A DNA stretch of 64,000 bases from the human T2T-CHM13v2.0 reference genome, Homo sapiens, in NCBI RefSeq assembly GCF_009914755.1, contig NC_060933.1; one strand, given 5' to 3'. Shown in pieces: positions 31,866 through 46,125 of the stretch. A model generated the notes under the pieces. The model was not told the origin of the DNA and searched no databases. It saw nothing but the letters and a program-made list of their open reading frames with translations. Each line of letters begins with the position of its first letter. Positions within the stretch are counted from its first letter, which is position 1. The position numbers were made by a program, and so were the translations under genes.

Positions 31866-32612
31866 GCAGCCGAGCTTCCCTGCCCACGCTCCTGTCCCGT
31901 GCCCCCGCCAGGCCCTGGGCGTCTGATCAGCCCTGTTTTTGCTGGAAGGTGGAAGTGAAAGAGACGGCGCCCTGGAGGAATGGGCTGGGAGGGGGTCCTG
32001 GCTCCTTCACCTGGGCGCTGTGGCCCTCAGCCTGCTTCTAGGGTCCTGAGCCTGAGTGTTCACCTCCTGTGTGGACTCTTCCTCTGTCTCCTCCTGCTGC
32101 TTCTCTGTGGCCCGAGAACCCTCCCGGAGGCTCAGCTTGTGGACCAGGCTCAAAGACTTTGAGGGTGGAATACATATGGCTTCTGGGTTCGACTCCAGTT
32201 TGAGAGTCATTTTAAATTCTATATCCGTTTTCACTTCCTCTTATGGAAGAAAATCTAATCTGGGAGGTATTTCCATTAAAAACATTGGTTTAATACTAAA
32301 AATGAAAACAAATAAAACTAGAGCCTGCTGGAAAAAATAACAGCCCCAGACGGCGTGCATCTCACATGAGCACTGCGCCACCGCACGCAGCCTCTGACCA
32401 AGCTCCCCACGTGTTCTTGCCAGCTTGAAGCCTCCTGTTGGAGACAGGTTTCTGCCCCCAACACCCAGGTGCACAGCAGGCACCATTTACCCCCCATTGC
32501 TCCAAACCATGGCTGTCTCCACCCCACTGTCTTCTCAGCCTCCAAAGCTGGAGAGCACAGGAAGACGTGGGGTACAGAGGCCTCTTTTATTGTGTCCTGG
32601 AATGTAGTGCAT

Positions 32613-33161
32613 TGCGATGGTTAATATTGAGTGTCAACTGGATTGGATTGAAGGATGCAAAGTACTGTTCCTGGGCGTGTCTGTGGGGGTGTTGCCAAAG
32701 GAGATTCACAGTTGAGTCGGTGGACGGGGAGAGGCAGACCCACCCTCAATCCAGGTGGACAGCATCTAATCAGCTGCCAGCATGGCCAGGAGAAAGTAGG
32801 GAGAAGAACATGGAAGGAAAAGTCTGGTTGAGTCTTCTGGCCTCCATCTTTCCCCCATGCTGGATGCTTCCTGCCCTTGAACATTAGACTCCAAGTTCTT
32901 CAGCTTTTGGACTCTTGGATTTACACCAGTGATTTGCCAGGGGCTCTTGAGCCTTCGGCCACAGACTGAAGGCTGCATTGTGGGCTTCCCTACTTTTGAG
33001 GTTTTGGGACTCACACTGGCTTCCTGGCTCCTTAGCTTGCAGATGGCCTATGGTGGGACTTCACCTTGTGATCGCGTGAGTCAATTCTCCTTAATAAAAT
33101 CCCCTTCATATGTACAGCTACCCTATTAGTGCTGTCCCTCTAGGGAACTCTGACTAATACG
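32613..33161 (+). mobile_element. MLT2A (HERVL) solo LTR, ~550 bp, MLT2A2-like
   Basis: tgcgatggttaatattgagtgtcaactggattggattgaaggatgc start and ctgtccctctagggaactctgactaatac end. Confidence 0.9.
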
Positions 33162-33590
33162 GGGTGGAAAGTGGCTCCCAAAATATACTCCCATGTCCCA
33201 GACCCCAAACCTGTGAAGATGGACTTATTTGAAAAAAGGTCCGTGCAGATGCAATCAGCTTAAGGACCTGAGATGAATGAGGACATCCTCCTGGATTAGC
33301 CAGGCTGGCCTGGCCCTAAATACCATCCCAGGTGTCCTTGTAAGATGGAGGCAGAGGAGGCCAAAACAACAGCATGCCCTGAAGACAGGTGGTGTGAAAC
33401 GAAGGTAGAGATTGGAGCCACGCAAGGAAGGCCTGGAGCCGCCAGGACCGGAGCAGGCAGGGAGGAGCCTCTGAGGCACGTGACCCTGCAACATCTAGGT
33501 CTCGAGCCTCCAGAACCGGGAGAGAAACATTTCTGCTGTTTTAAGCCTCGCTGTTTGTGGTATTTTCTTATGGCAGCTCCAGGACTCCGA
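33162..33590 (+). mobile_element. MLT1 (B/C-like) LTR adjoining the MLT2A element
   Basis: gtggctcccaaaa...cctgtgaagatggacttatttgaaaaaagg...catttctgctgttttaagcc...ttgtggtattttcttatggcagc. Confidence 0.75.
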
Positions 33591-34457
33591 GGCAAGGACC
33601 ATAATGAAGTTGGCGTGGCTCAAGGACTAGAATTTTTAACAAATGAAGCTTGGCTGTTTCAGCCAATGAGCAGGGCATCCTTGTCCCGCCTGAACACTGC
33701 CCTGAGAGGCAGAGGGTGTGCTCGCATGACGTCAAACAGCCTCAGGCCTTACCCCAGATGAGCGGCCGTGTATTCTCAGGGTCTGCCCGGGGGCCAGGAT
33801 GCATGTAAATATGCATCCCACAGTGAAGCCCAAAAGTCATGGTGAGCTCCCTGCACTTGGGGGACCCTGTTCAAATTGCAGAATGACTTTCCCAAAGCCA
33901 TGTAACACCCCAGGTCTTCAGTGTCTGTCGGCTCCCACCGCATGGCCATGGTGAGGGGATGGATGAGACAGTGAATCCATGAAACCTCTTAGCACCCGGC
34001 TCAGGAAGGGGGTCCCCAAGGCCCCATGGATGGGGATTTTTGATGAGGCTTGACGTAAGTGGGCCAGGAAGTATGGTTAGGGTGTGTGTAACCAGCAGGC
34101 AGCCCTGCCTCTCTGAGGGAAGAACGCGCCATCTGAATCTCATAGGTCACTCGCAGGGGCTCTTGCCAGACCCGGGCAGATGCGCTGGTTTCCTACCTGA
34201 GACAAATCAGTCCTATCTCAAGGCCTCAGTTTCTTTATCTGTGAAATGGGAACTGCGGCCTTTGCCTCCCTCACAGGGAAGTTAGTGCCAAGGGCCAGGA
34301 GAATGGGGGGTGGGTGGTTGCCATGTGTGAGACCATGAGAAGGAGGTGATGGTATGGAAAACAATATCCGAGAGAGGTTCCTGGATAGACTCTGTTTTCT
34401 GCTCCCTGTGGGAGGCCCTGCACAGGGTCCTGAGTGATGGGGTCCATGGTTCCCATG

Positions 34458-34814
34458 TGATATGGTTTGGCTCTGTGTCCCACCCAAGTCTCACCTTGAA
34501 TTGTAGTAATCCCCACACGTCAAGGGCGGGACCAGGTGGAGGTCATTGAATCATAAGCGTGGTTTCCCCCATGCTGTCGTTTTGATAGTGAGTGAGTTAT
34601 CGCAAAATCTGATGGTTTTATAAGGGGCTTCCCCGCTTTGCCCAGCACACATTCTCTCTCCTTCTGCTCTGTGAAGTGGTGCCTTCTGCCATGATTGTAA
34701 GTTTCCTGAAGCCTCCCCAGCCATGCGGAACTGTGCGTCAATGAAACCCCTTTTCTTTATAAATTACCCAGTCTCGGATATGTCTTCATAGCAGTGTGGG
34801 AACAGACTGATACA
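34458..34814 (+). mobile_element. THE1-family (C/D-like) solo LTR
   Basis: tgatatggtttggctctgtgtcccacccaa...ccatgattgtaagtttcctga...aacagactgataca; 5-bp TSD ccatg/ccacg. Confidence 0.9.
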
Positions 34815-37449
34815 CCACGTCTGGGAACAGGCAGGGCCACAGTGCCTACCTCGCGGGGGCCTGGCCAGAGGTGCACTCTGCAGCTGACAGTGTCCAAGGC
34901 AAAGGCCTTCAAATGATGAGAGGCACAGCCTGGGCGGGGTCCTGGGCACCGCTGCCCTTGCTGCTGGCGAGTCCCAGCCGATTCCTCCTCCACCGTGTAC
35001 TGGAAGGCATCCCACCCGTCTCCCCTCTCCCTGGAAACCATAGCTGCCTCTGACTTGAGCCCCACCTCTTGTTCCTCTAAGCAATCCTCAACACTGAAGT
35101 CAGAGATCTTTCCAGGATGCAAGTATGACATAGCCTTCTCCTCTTAAAACCCTCTACGCATCCCCATTCTCCTTGGGAAGAATACAAACTCCCTGCCTAG
35201 ACTGACTTGCCCTGTGCCAGCCACCCCGCTCTCCTGTCCCTGTGCCAGCCGCTCCACCCTCCTGTCTCCAGCCCCTCAGCCCCCAGGCCACCTCCTCCCT
35301 GTTCCATCACAGCCTCCTTGGAGTGGCCTTCTGTGGCTTCCTCTGGGCCTGGGCATGTGCATTCCCTCTGCAGGGGGAGAAGAGTCCAGGATGGCATCAG
35401 TGAGGGGTGGCACCTGGCCCCAAGATGCCCCTCCTCCTCTTGTATCCTTTTGGGACGTGCTCCCACAAGCGTCCCTACTTCTTGAACCCCTGGGCCCTGA
35501 ACCTGGGCCCTGCTGACCCCTGTCTGCAGGGAGAAGTGTCTAGGAGGACAGTGTTTATGTCAGGGTCCTTGGTAGCTGACTCTGAGGCTCTGGGTTTTCT
35601 AGGCGGACTCTGGAAACAAGGCCTGTGGGGGCGAGGGCAGCAAGCCGGGGCGCAGGTGCATGCATTCTGCAGAGGCCTCATGGAGCCCCCCGACCGCAGG
35701 ACTCGGAAGCAGGGACGGCCCTTCTGAGTTGTCCCACATTCAGGAAAAGGGACAGGATCTGGAACCTTCTTCCTGACCGGTCCTTGGGTGTGGGCTGCCC
35801 TTGAGCAGGGATGGGGTCTAACCTCCAGTAAAAGGTAGTTTAGGCAAGGAACTCAGCTGTTGGCTGTCAGCAAACCATGCTCTTGACAGAGGCCAGGGGA
35901 GTCTGGGCCCTGAGGGGGTCTGGGCCAACCCCCCTCCACAGTGTGGAGCACTGGCTCCTGACTTTTTGAGAAAGCCTTCAGCTAACAGGCATTTCTGCTG
36001 GTACCACTGCCTTATGCTCGTGGCGTCCTGGAGCGTCGCTGGGGCAGTTGGTCATGGAAAGAGCTCTGTGCCCAGATGGGGTGGGGCTGTCTCCAATTCC
36101 TACACCTCCGAGTTAAGTGGTTTCACCCTCTGAGACTCTGTTTCCCCAGTCGATCATGAAGCTGCCGGAAGCAGGACGGATGGAGCCTTTTCTGAGCCTG
36201 TGCTCTGTGCCCGGCACAGTCTGTGTGTTATCTCGGATAACCTCCACAGCATCCTATGCAGGGGTGCACTGCGGTCCCCACTTTCCAGAGGAGAACCTGA
36301 GCCAGCGTGGGGAGGCTGCAGCCTCAGGCCCCTTGCTGAGGCAGACTCATATCCAGGACGCCGCTTGCTCCAGATTCTGAGGTCATGCCTGCCCTCACCT
36401 TCGTCGGATGGTGGGAAAGCTTCAGTGAGATCCCTAGGTGGGGAATCGTCACAGACACCCTCAAAAGCTGTTTCACCAGGGTGATCTTGTTGACTCCCGG
36501 GGAACAGCCCATTGAGTGGGAGGCATCTCTTTCCACCTATGCAGATGGTTCTTTAAAAGATTTAATAGCGGGGACCTTTCCAACTGACATTTCTTTTGGG
36601 CTGTAAACTCAACCTTTATCTCTAATATATTCTCCTGGAGGATGACACGCCAATCCAGGCCCAGTTTGGAAATGTGCCTTGGCACACTGTGGCCCGAATT
36701 AATTGCGAACTCACTCTATATATCTAAAGTCTGTTTGGTGTTCGTCATGGGCTCTCTCGCCTGGAAATTCCATTATTTTGCAGGGTTTACTTGGCACCTG
36801 ATGGGATATCCAGGTCCAGTAAAACCAGGCCTTCGTGGACATGACATGGAAACAGAGCTGTGCCGCACAGCGGAGCGGGGCCAGTGAGATGGGAGGGCCA
36901 GTGAGATGGGAGGGCCAGGCGCAGCCAAGGGACAGCCAGGCTGTTTCAGCCATCGATGTCACGGCTCCATCCCTTGGTGATTTATGCTGCTCTGTCCCTG
37001 GGCTTGAAGGAGGGGCAGCCCCTCAGCTGCTGAGAGCCCTGCTTCCTGGCCCTCCATCAGACCATGATAAAGAGCATGAGCCGCCATGCTTGAGAAGCCG
37101 CCATGATGAAAAGCGCCTCCAACCTCCAGCTGCGTGTATATGTTTGATCAGATGCCAGGGCCAGCTGTGTCTGGTCCTGCTTGTGTGGCTTGATAAATTG
37201 GGCTGGGGGTCCTGGCACCGTGGTGTCCCGGGATGGGAGCTCTGGGAGGAGAACAGCTCCTCTGCTGGACTCTGGGTTGGGGAAGGCTGAGGGTTGGGGA
37301 AGAGGAAGAGGCTTCAGCTTCACAAAGTGGTAGAAGTTCAGGTGCGGGGGAAGGGCTTCAAGTAAACCACTGAGTCAGCGGATTGCATTTTCAATGGAAT
37401 CATGGGGCCTGGAGTTCACTGGACCACAGCCTGCCTGGGTTCTTCCCAG

Positions 37450-37536
37450 CTCACTCCTCTCACCCCCTCTCACCCCCTCCCACCCACTCCTACCCCCTCT
37501 CACCCTCTCTCACCCCCTCCCACCCCCTCTCACCCA
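37450..37536. repeat. C-rich (CACCCCCT[CT])n simple repeat
   Basis: Direct reading. Confidence 0.8.
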
Positions 37537-38116
37537 CATCTAGATGGAGCACAGGCTGCAGGCTTGGACTGGGGAGACTGGGGTCAGACCCACGGCTGCT
37601 TCTCCGGAAGCAGAGGTATACACAGATGTGACTACACAGTGTCCCAAGGCCTGTGCCCCCACCTACCATGCTTGACTGTGTGCCCCAAGCCACACCTGCT
37701 TCTGTGCCCACCTGCTCCAGTGCACACCTGCCCCATGCACACCTGCTCCAATACACACCTGCCCCTGTGCACCACTGCTCCCATGCACACCTGCTCCCAG
37801 ACACATCTGTCCCAAAGACTGACTTATTCACATGCACACCTTCATATCCAGAACAGAATGTGCTCCTAACAGGCAGCATGGGCAGGGGCACCTCACTCAC
37901 AGAAAGGGGAGGGCAATTTGCTGTGGGGAGGGAAGCAAAGAGAGGAGACTCTGGAGTGGGCTTGGAGCCTTTTGGAGGAGATGCTGCATCTGCACTGGTG
38001 TTCTGGGCCCTCCAGCTGGCCCCACTCTCACACCCATGGTGGACAGTGCCACCGAGGAGAGGTTCAGCCTATGTGCTAGAGGGACAAGGAGACAGGGTGG
38101 TACACATTCATCAGAA

Positions 38117-38325
38117 GCCAGGGTCCCCTCTCACTGGCCAGGGTCCCCTCTCACTGGCCAGAGTCCCCTCCCACTGGCCAGGGTCCCCTCTCACTGGCCA
38201 GAGTCCCCTCCCACTGGCCAGAATTCCCTCCCACTGGCCAGAGTCCCCTCTCACTGGCCAGGGTCCCCTCTCACTGGCCAGAGTCCCCTCCCACTGGCCA
38301 GGGTCCCCTGCCACTGGCCAGAGTC
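38117..38325. repeat. Minisatellite, 20-bp unit GGCCAG(G/A)GTCCCCTC(T/C)CACT, ~10 copies
   Basis: Direct reading. Confidence 0.95.
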
Positions 38326-38484
38326 TGCACCCCTCACCCCTGCCCCCGCCTTGGGGTGTGAGAATCCACAATAAGAGAGCACCTAGGTGGGTAAAAGTCT
38401 CTACTGTGCCAGAAAACAGAGCCCCTCAATCCTCAGATTTCTGCTAAAGGCCCACGGACTGGGACTGTTTTGCAGGAATCCAGT

Positions 38485-38860
38485 TTTAGGGGGATGAATT
38501 GTGTCCCCCTAAAATTCGTACATTGAAGCTTTGCCTCTCAGAATGTGGCTGTGATTGGAGATGGGGCTTTTAACAAGATAATTAAGTTTAAGTGGGATCA
38601 TTAGGGTGGGCTCTCATCCAACTGACTGGGGTTCCCGAAAGAAGAGGAGATGAGGACGCAGACACACACAGAGAAATGACCGTGTGAGGGCATGGGGGGA
38701 TGGTGCCGACTGCAGGCCGAGGAGGGAGGCCTTGGCTGAAACCAGTGCTGCCGTCACCTCAACCTCGGACTTCCAGCATCCAGGACTGTGAGGGAATAAA
38801 TCCCTGCTGTCTAAGCTGCCCCATCTGTGGCACTCTGCTGTGGCCGCCGAGCTGACTCAC
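38485..38860 (+). mobile_element. MLT1A/B-like LTR
   Basis: gaattgtgtccccctaaaattcgtacattgaag...ggacttccagcatccaggactgtgagggaataaatccctgctgtctaagc. Confidence 0.85.
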
Positions 38861-39604
38861 ACACCCGGGAAGCCTGGTGACCTGGGGCATGGCCCCGGCC
38901 CCTCTCTCACCCTCTCCTCTACTCTCCACTTGGCAGACACAGGCTGAAGAAGGCTGCAAAAACAAGGCAATGAAGGACATGCTTTGTCCAAGGGCTTTAA
39001 AGTGGCGGCCTTCCCCAAGTAATTTTTCAAAGAGAGTGCTGGCTTGAAAGGGGCTCCCTCCCATCTGCCCCGCTCCAGTACGTAGGGAGAGTCCTGCTGG
39101 CTCTGTGGGCACAGCGGTGGCCTCTGGTCTGCTGAGAAGCCACAGCTCACATGGAGCAGTGGTCAAGGCCAATGGGTCAGAAGGTAAACTAGGGCCAGTG
39201 GGGGTCTGGGCCCCTGGAACCGGCAGGACATGCGGTCAGCCGCGGGCCGGCCCTCGGACCCGGCGCCTCCTTGGTTTGCTCTGCTGCTGGTGTGCAGGCT
39301 GCACGGTGGTTAAGGGCTGCGTTCCGGGCTACTGGGTTTAGCCACACCCTTGCTGTTCAGCCTCCAGCAAATAGTTTCACCTCTCCGAGCCTCAGCTTCC
39401 TCCTGCCTCAAAGGGTTGTTGCTCCATTGAATGAGATGATGCAGGTAAGCAGGTGAAGCCCTGGAAGGCGGCAGGGGGCTTGGAGGAGGCAGAAGAGGAT
39501 GAGTGCCCAGCGGCAGGGAGCAGGGAGGGAGGGGACTGTGGCCAGGCCTCCCTCACCTACCTTCTCATCTGAGCTTCACAGGGACCCCCCAGCGGTCAGT
39601 TTCT

Positions 39605-39720
39605 TCACCGCCCATTCACAGATAACAAACTGAGGCTCAGAGACAGAATCCTCTTGCCCAAGGTCATGTGGCTAGTGGCTGGTGCTGCTGGGATTCTAAC
39701 GGAAGTCTGTGTGACTCTGG
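39605..39720 (-). mobile_element. MIR fragment
   Basis: cccattcacagataacaaactgaggctcagaga...ttgcccaaggtcatgtggctagt. Confidence 0.7.
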
Positions 39721-42700
39721 AGTTGGCCTGGTCCCAGGACATCAGCTGAAGGACACAGCTGCAGCCCCAGGTGCCGGATGCAGGTTCAGAGCATTCTCCT
39801 TGCGCAGCTAGAGGGAACTCCTCCCCTGCATGGGACAGAGTGGGGCAGCTTCCAGCCCCTCTGCCAGGCCGTGGCTCACCCAGGCCCTCCTGGGCCCACT
39901 TCAGCAGTCTCTGGACCATAAATGCTTAGAGGGCAAGCAGATATCTGCCTCCAGGCACTCCAAGAAGACCTTGTTCCTCCACCTCCTCCATGGGTCTAGG
40001 AGAAGAAGAAGGGACAATCTGGCTGCCCCTCAAGGCCTTTGTCTTGGGAAGCAGCTGGCCATTTTCCAGCCAGACGTGACTCTGGGAGGCTGGTGTGACC
40101 CCTCAGGACTGGTGGTGAACCATCAGGTCCACATGAGAGCAACACCTGATGGTTGCCATGGCCGCTCTGTCCGGACCACAGCTCTGCCGCTCGAAAAATA
40201 AATGAGAGGAAACACAGCCTTGGAAGGAGAAGTTGGGCCATCGGACTCCACGTGTAAGGTGCAGGGCACCTGGCCTGCTCCACTCTCTGCTAGGCACTGT
40301 GGGAAACACGCAGTGATGGGTGGTGGCGCTCCCGGTGGCCCAGGAGTACACAGGGTACAGGACCTGGTTAGCCTTCTGCGGTGAGTGCCATGAACAGGAG
40401 CAGGCAGCCGGGGAGGGCTAGATGGGAAACGATGGATAGCAGAAGACAAGGAAGACACACATGCAAAAAAGGGGCCACCTCTGCATGGGCGTGGGAGTCA
40501 CTGCTGCATTGCAGGTCAATGTGGAAGGGACCCAGGCACCTTGCTCACCACATACTCCCTAAAGCCTAGAGCGGTGTTGGCAAGGAGTATGCGCGCAATA
40601 AGCAGTTTTCCAAGGACTCTGGTTTTGCTCAGTTGTGGGAGGGCATGGAACATGGTGAGTTTGGGACAATCTGCACCAGTTGCTGTTGTCTGAATCTGGG
40701 CAGGGTGGTCCTGGCGGCAGGCGTGTGGTCCGGATGCCATGGGGAGGCAGGCAGTGCACACTGGGCTCCAAGCATGGAGACCTGGGTCCAAATCCGGACC
40801 CTGTCACGGATGAACTGGGTAAGTCCCCTACCCTCTGTGGCCCCTGATTTCCTCATCTGTGGATGGGAGAGATGCCAGTATTCCCTACCGGTGCATGAGA
40901 ACTGATGCACGTGTGGGTGAAGAGTGTGAGGCAAAAGCCTTAAGATGTGGCTGATATTCTTAGCTTGGCAACACAGTTCGAATCCTGATTGGTACTGCCG
41001 GGCCATTCTGCCATAGTCCCTGGCTGACACATCAGGCCGCCAAGTTTGGGGACTTCTCTCTGAGTTTCCTGGTGGGATAGAAACTCATCTCTCCACCCAA
41101 CTCAAGGCTCAGATGAGGGTGGAAACTCACATTTGACAGCTTTCCAAGCCACCGCACCACTTGCTCTCCAAGAGAGGATAAAGTGCATCTGTCATGGCTG
41201 CTTGAGCTGCAAGACTGAGCCATCTTACCATTGCTGAGAAGTCAACTTTTGGGGGACCTTGGGGTGGTCACTTGAGTGTCAGCTCTTAAGGCGCCAGTTG
41301 TGTTAATTCAGGGCAAAGTTTAGATGCTGGCTGTGAGTTACAGGAGGGCTTGCTGACTGGCACGGATGTGCACATGGGACTGTCAGAAAGGAACTCCACT
41401 TGTGCTTGGGGAAAAAGAAGCTGGAACCAGAAAGCCTCCACTCTCTTCTGATAACCAGGCCATGGCCTGTGTCAGCACCCCTAGTCTTCAGGGGTGAAGC
41501 TGGCCTTGCTGGTAGGGGCGGGGGCACTCCAAGGACCAAGCACAGCTGGGGCTGGCGCGGAGTCTGGGGTTTGATGGAATTTCTCACTCATTGAAGTCCA
41601 CAGGGAAAGTAAAGGGCCAGTGGCTGCAGGTTAACCAACGCACAGACACGCACACAGGCACACACACAAACACACACATGCACACAACTCACACACATTT
41701 TTGCCTGATCACATATGCCTTATACAAGTTGTAAAACAAAATAAAATCAACAAGGAAACAGGTCAGAACTAACATTTGCTTTACTGAATGTATCTCAAGC
41801 ACCTCCCCACGTCTGTGTGTGAAGAGCTTCTCATTCTTTTCCTGCGAAATATTTGATATCTATGCAAGCGCATGTGGCAGATATGGAGACTAAAAGCCTC
41901 ATCACCAAGTTAGCAACAGCGACCTATCACCCAGCTCCGGAGCCTGCCATGGCTATCCTGGCAAACCTAACCTCGGACGCCTCTCTCACCTCCTGTTTCC
42001 AGAATGGTGAGAATTAAAGAGCATTTGGGGAATTTCACGCCCAGTCTGGAGATGTAACTGGAGAGGGGAGTCCCAGCCCTGTCTGGCATCTCTGGCTAAA
42101 TTGTTTGTTCAAAGGGAATGGGGATGGCCCAGGGTTTGCAAATCGTTCTTAATTCATTCTGATTCCCTCCTTTTAAAAAACTAGCCCTGCAGCCCTTGGG
42201 GAAGGGGTGTGGGTCAGGCTTCAGGAGGCTGTGCAGGGAGGCCAGGCCTGGGGAAGCTGGAGGGAGAGACGCCCACCTACCACCCAGAGACTGGCGGGCC
42301 TCCTGCTGGAGGAGACCCCGAGGGGCTTAAAGAAGCCAGGCAGGAGAATCAGGGCCCCAGCTCTTCTCCGAGAGCAGCCGATCAGGAATGCCTTCTCCCT
42401 GCGCCAGCTGTCACTCCCAAGGGGATGCCTTCTTTGGTTTCCTTTTTATTGCAGAGGGGCCACCAGGGAGTGGGCAGGAGTGAGGGGTGAGAGCCTGGGG
42501 GCCGCAGAGCCAAACTTCGCCTGATTAATAACCCAGATGTTCCCGTCCAAGCACATGGAGGTCCCGGGAGCTCTTGGGAAGTCAGACCCCAGCTCGGTCC
42601 CGTGCCAATCTGCAGTTAGGAGGCAGGTCCTCGGTCCGGGTTGACACGTAGGCCACAGTCTTGGGCGCCCTGATCTGGCTGGATGGGAAGTTTAGTCTCC

Positions 42701-43173
42701 ACCCAGAAGAGGAGCTCTGAACTCCTCCACGTTAAAGAAAAAGTTAGGCGGGGTAAACTGCAACTTTCTTTTTAACCCGAAGTGATCAAACCTCGGGGCC
42801 CCTCTGCACTGGTTCTTGGAGCATGGCCAGGTGCGGGCACCTGGGGTGGGAACAGTGGGGGGACCAGGGTGGGCCCCTGGGCTCCGAGGCCGCCCCAGGC
42901 CCGCCCGCCTACCGGCTCTCAGAGAAAGAACAGGGGGCCGCGCCCGCCCCACGTCCGCTCCGCCCCGGGCCAGCCCCTTCCTCGCTGCGACTCGCCCGCT
43001 GTCCCCACCCCCTCGCCCGCGGCGCCCAGTGGGAGGCGGGGGCTGGCCTCGCCGAGCCCAGCGCCGGGCTCTGATTTGCTGCGGGCGTTGGGGATCGACA
43101 GCCTCCGCGGCTGCCTTCCAGGAGAGAGGGAGGGAGGAAAAGGGGGAAAAAAGTGCTCCGCGCCGAAGGCGAG

Positions 43174-44173
<1,000 letters not shown>

Positions 44174-45537
44174 TAGGCTGAGCTGGCGCCCTGCTTTCCC
44201 CAGGGACAGCGTTTCCTGCAGCCTTGGTCACCTAAGTGTTCGGGGGCACTGGGGACCCCTGCAGGGTGGTAGACAGCCCTGCTCCTAATCCCACCCCCAA
44301 ACTTCTTGATCCCTGGAAGGCAGCTTTTCCTGGATTCGCTGCTGAGAGATGGGATGCGTGGAGCAAAGCCAGAGATGGGCTTGCAGGCGGGGCTGTGAGT
44401 GGTTGGGATGATATGCAGATGTGGGATTCCTTCTGCCAAGGGTCAGCCCTTAGAAGGAGGCTTGCTTCCCGGGGAGGGCGCTTCAAGGCGGGGACTGTCT
44501 GCGTCCCTGCCTGGGTTCTCGAGGGTTCAACTCTCCCTGGCGCAGCTTCCTGACGGGGGAGTTTTTCTAGGCATCGCTCTTGGTAGTTAGTGGCGGGGTG
44601 GGTTTTCACAGACTCTCGAACATCAGAGCCCCCAGCCCTGGAAGGTCCCCCGAATCCTTATTGACAGGCGGGGAGATGGAGGCTCAGAGCTGTGTGCTGC
44701 CAGGTCAGGAGAAGTGGCGGGCAGAGCGATGGGACGGTGGGCTCAGCGAACGTCTGGACCAGCCCGCCGCCTGCCAGCAAGAATGCTTCTCTCTGCTTCA
44801 CGATTGGAAGACAAGTGGGAAGAATCATTGTCCGTGTTCCGCTTGTCAATTAAAACACTCTTTTCCTTTTTCCCTGGCACGATCAGTGCTTGTTGGGCTA
44901 ACTGGATGAGCTGGAGTCTGGGTGTGGGGGCTGCCCTGGGGCTCTGGGGGAGGAGCCAGGAGCCTGGCCTGGCTCCCAGGACCTGGGATCTCATCCCTGG
45001 GCCGCCACCAACTCTCTCCTGACCCTGGGCTAACTGGGCTTGTGTTTCTCCAGGGGTTAGCTGAAGGTGGGGGACAACAGAGGTCCCCAGAAAAGTGGAG
45101 AGGAGAAGGAAGGTGTGGTCAGGGACTGTGCCATTGCCGGGGGACTAGGCCCTGTCTCAGCGCCTCTGGGGACTTTTCCCCAGAAACTCAGGAGGGAGTC
45201 CTTCAGGGGAATCGTCACCCTAGACAGCTGGGGCAGGGCACTGCCTGGGGACCATGCACCGGACTGGGCTTGGGGTTCCATTTCCCTCCCTGCCCATCTC
45301 CCCACCTCCACACTGTCTTTTTCCCTCTCTGGTTGCCCTCGCTAATCGAAGTGCGGCTCGTTGGAAGTGGGAGTGAGGATGGCCCAGAGCAGCAGGCTAT
45401 GGAGTTGGACATTTTGCTTTTGTCAGAACAGACTTTTAGAAGCATGTGGAGAGACCACTTTTCTTAGTGAGTTTTGCCAACGTCTCTCCACCTCCCAGGG
45501 TGGGACCTATTTGGAAGTCATCCTTCGAGCATGGCCA

Positions 45538-46125
45538 GAGGGGGCGGCTGTCCACTGGAGATGCAGGCGCTGGGGGGAGGGGGCGGCTGTCCACTGGAGA
45601 TGCAGGCGTGGCGGGGAGGGGGCGGCTGTCCACTGGAGATGCAGGCGCTGGGGGGAGGGGGCGGCTGTCCACTGGAGATGCAGGCACTGGGGGGAGGGGG
45701 CGGCTGTCCACTGGAGATGCAGGCGCTGGGGGGAGGGGGCGGCTGTCCACTGGAGATGCAGGCGCTGGGGGGAGGGGGCGGCTGTCCACTGGAGATGCAG
45801 GCGCTGGGGGGAGGGGGCGGCTGTCCACTGGAGATGCAGGCGCGGGGGGGGAGGGGGCGGCTGTCCACTGGAGATGCAGGCGTGGCGGGGAGGGGGCGGC
45901 TGTCCACTGGAGATGCAGGCGTGGCGGGGAGGGGGCGGCTGTCCACTGGAGATGCAGGCGCTGGGGGGAGGGGGCGGCTGTCCACTGGAAATGCAGGCGT
46001 GGCGGGGAGGGGGCGGCTGTCCACTGGAGATGCAGGCGCTGGGGGGAGGGGGCGGCTGTCCACTGGAAATGCAGGCGTGGCGGGGAGGGGGCGGCTGTCC
46101 ACTGGAGAGGCAGGCGCGGGGGGGG
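45538..46125. repeat. G-rich minisatellite, 39-bp unit, 15 copies
   Basis: Unit GAGGGGGCGGCTGTCCACTGGAGATGCAGGCG(CTGGGGG/TGGCGGG); copies counted by eye. Confidence 0.97.

Noticed and set aside
45530-46125. Possible CTCF site array in the 39-bp VNTR
   Set aside because: CCACTGGAGATGCA mismatches key GG positions of the CTCF core; too weak without ChIP data.
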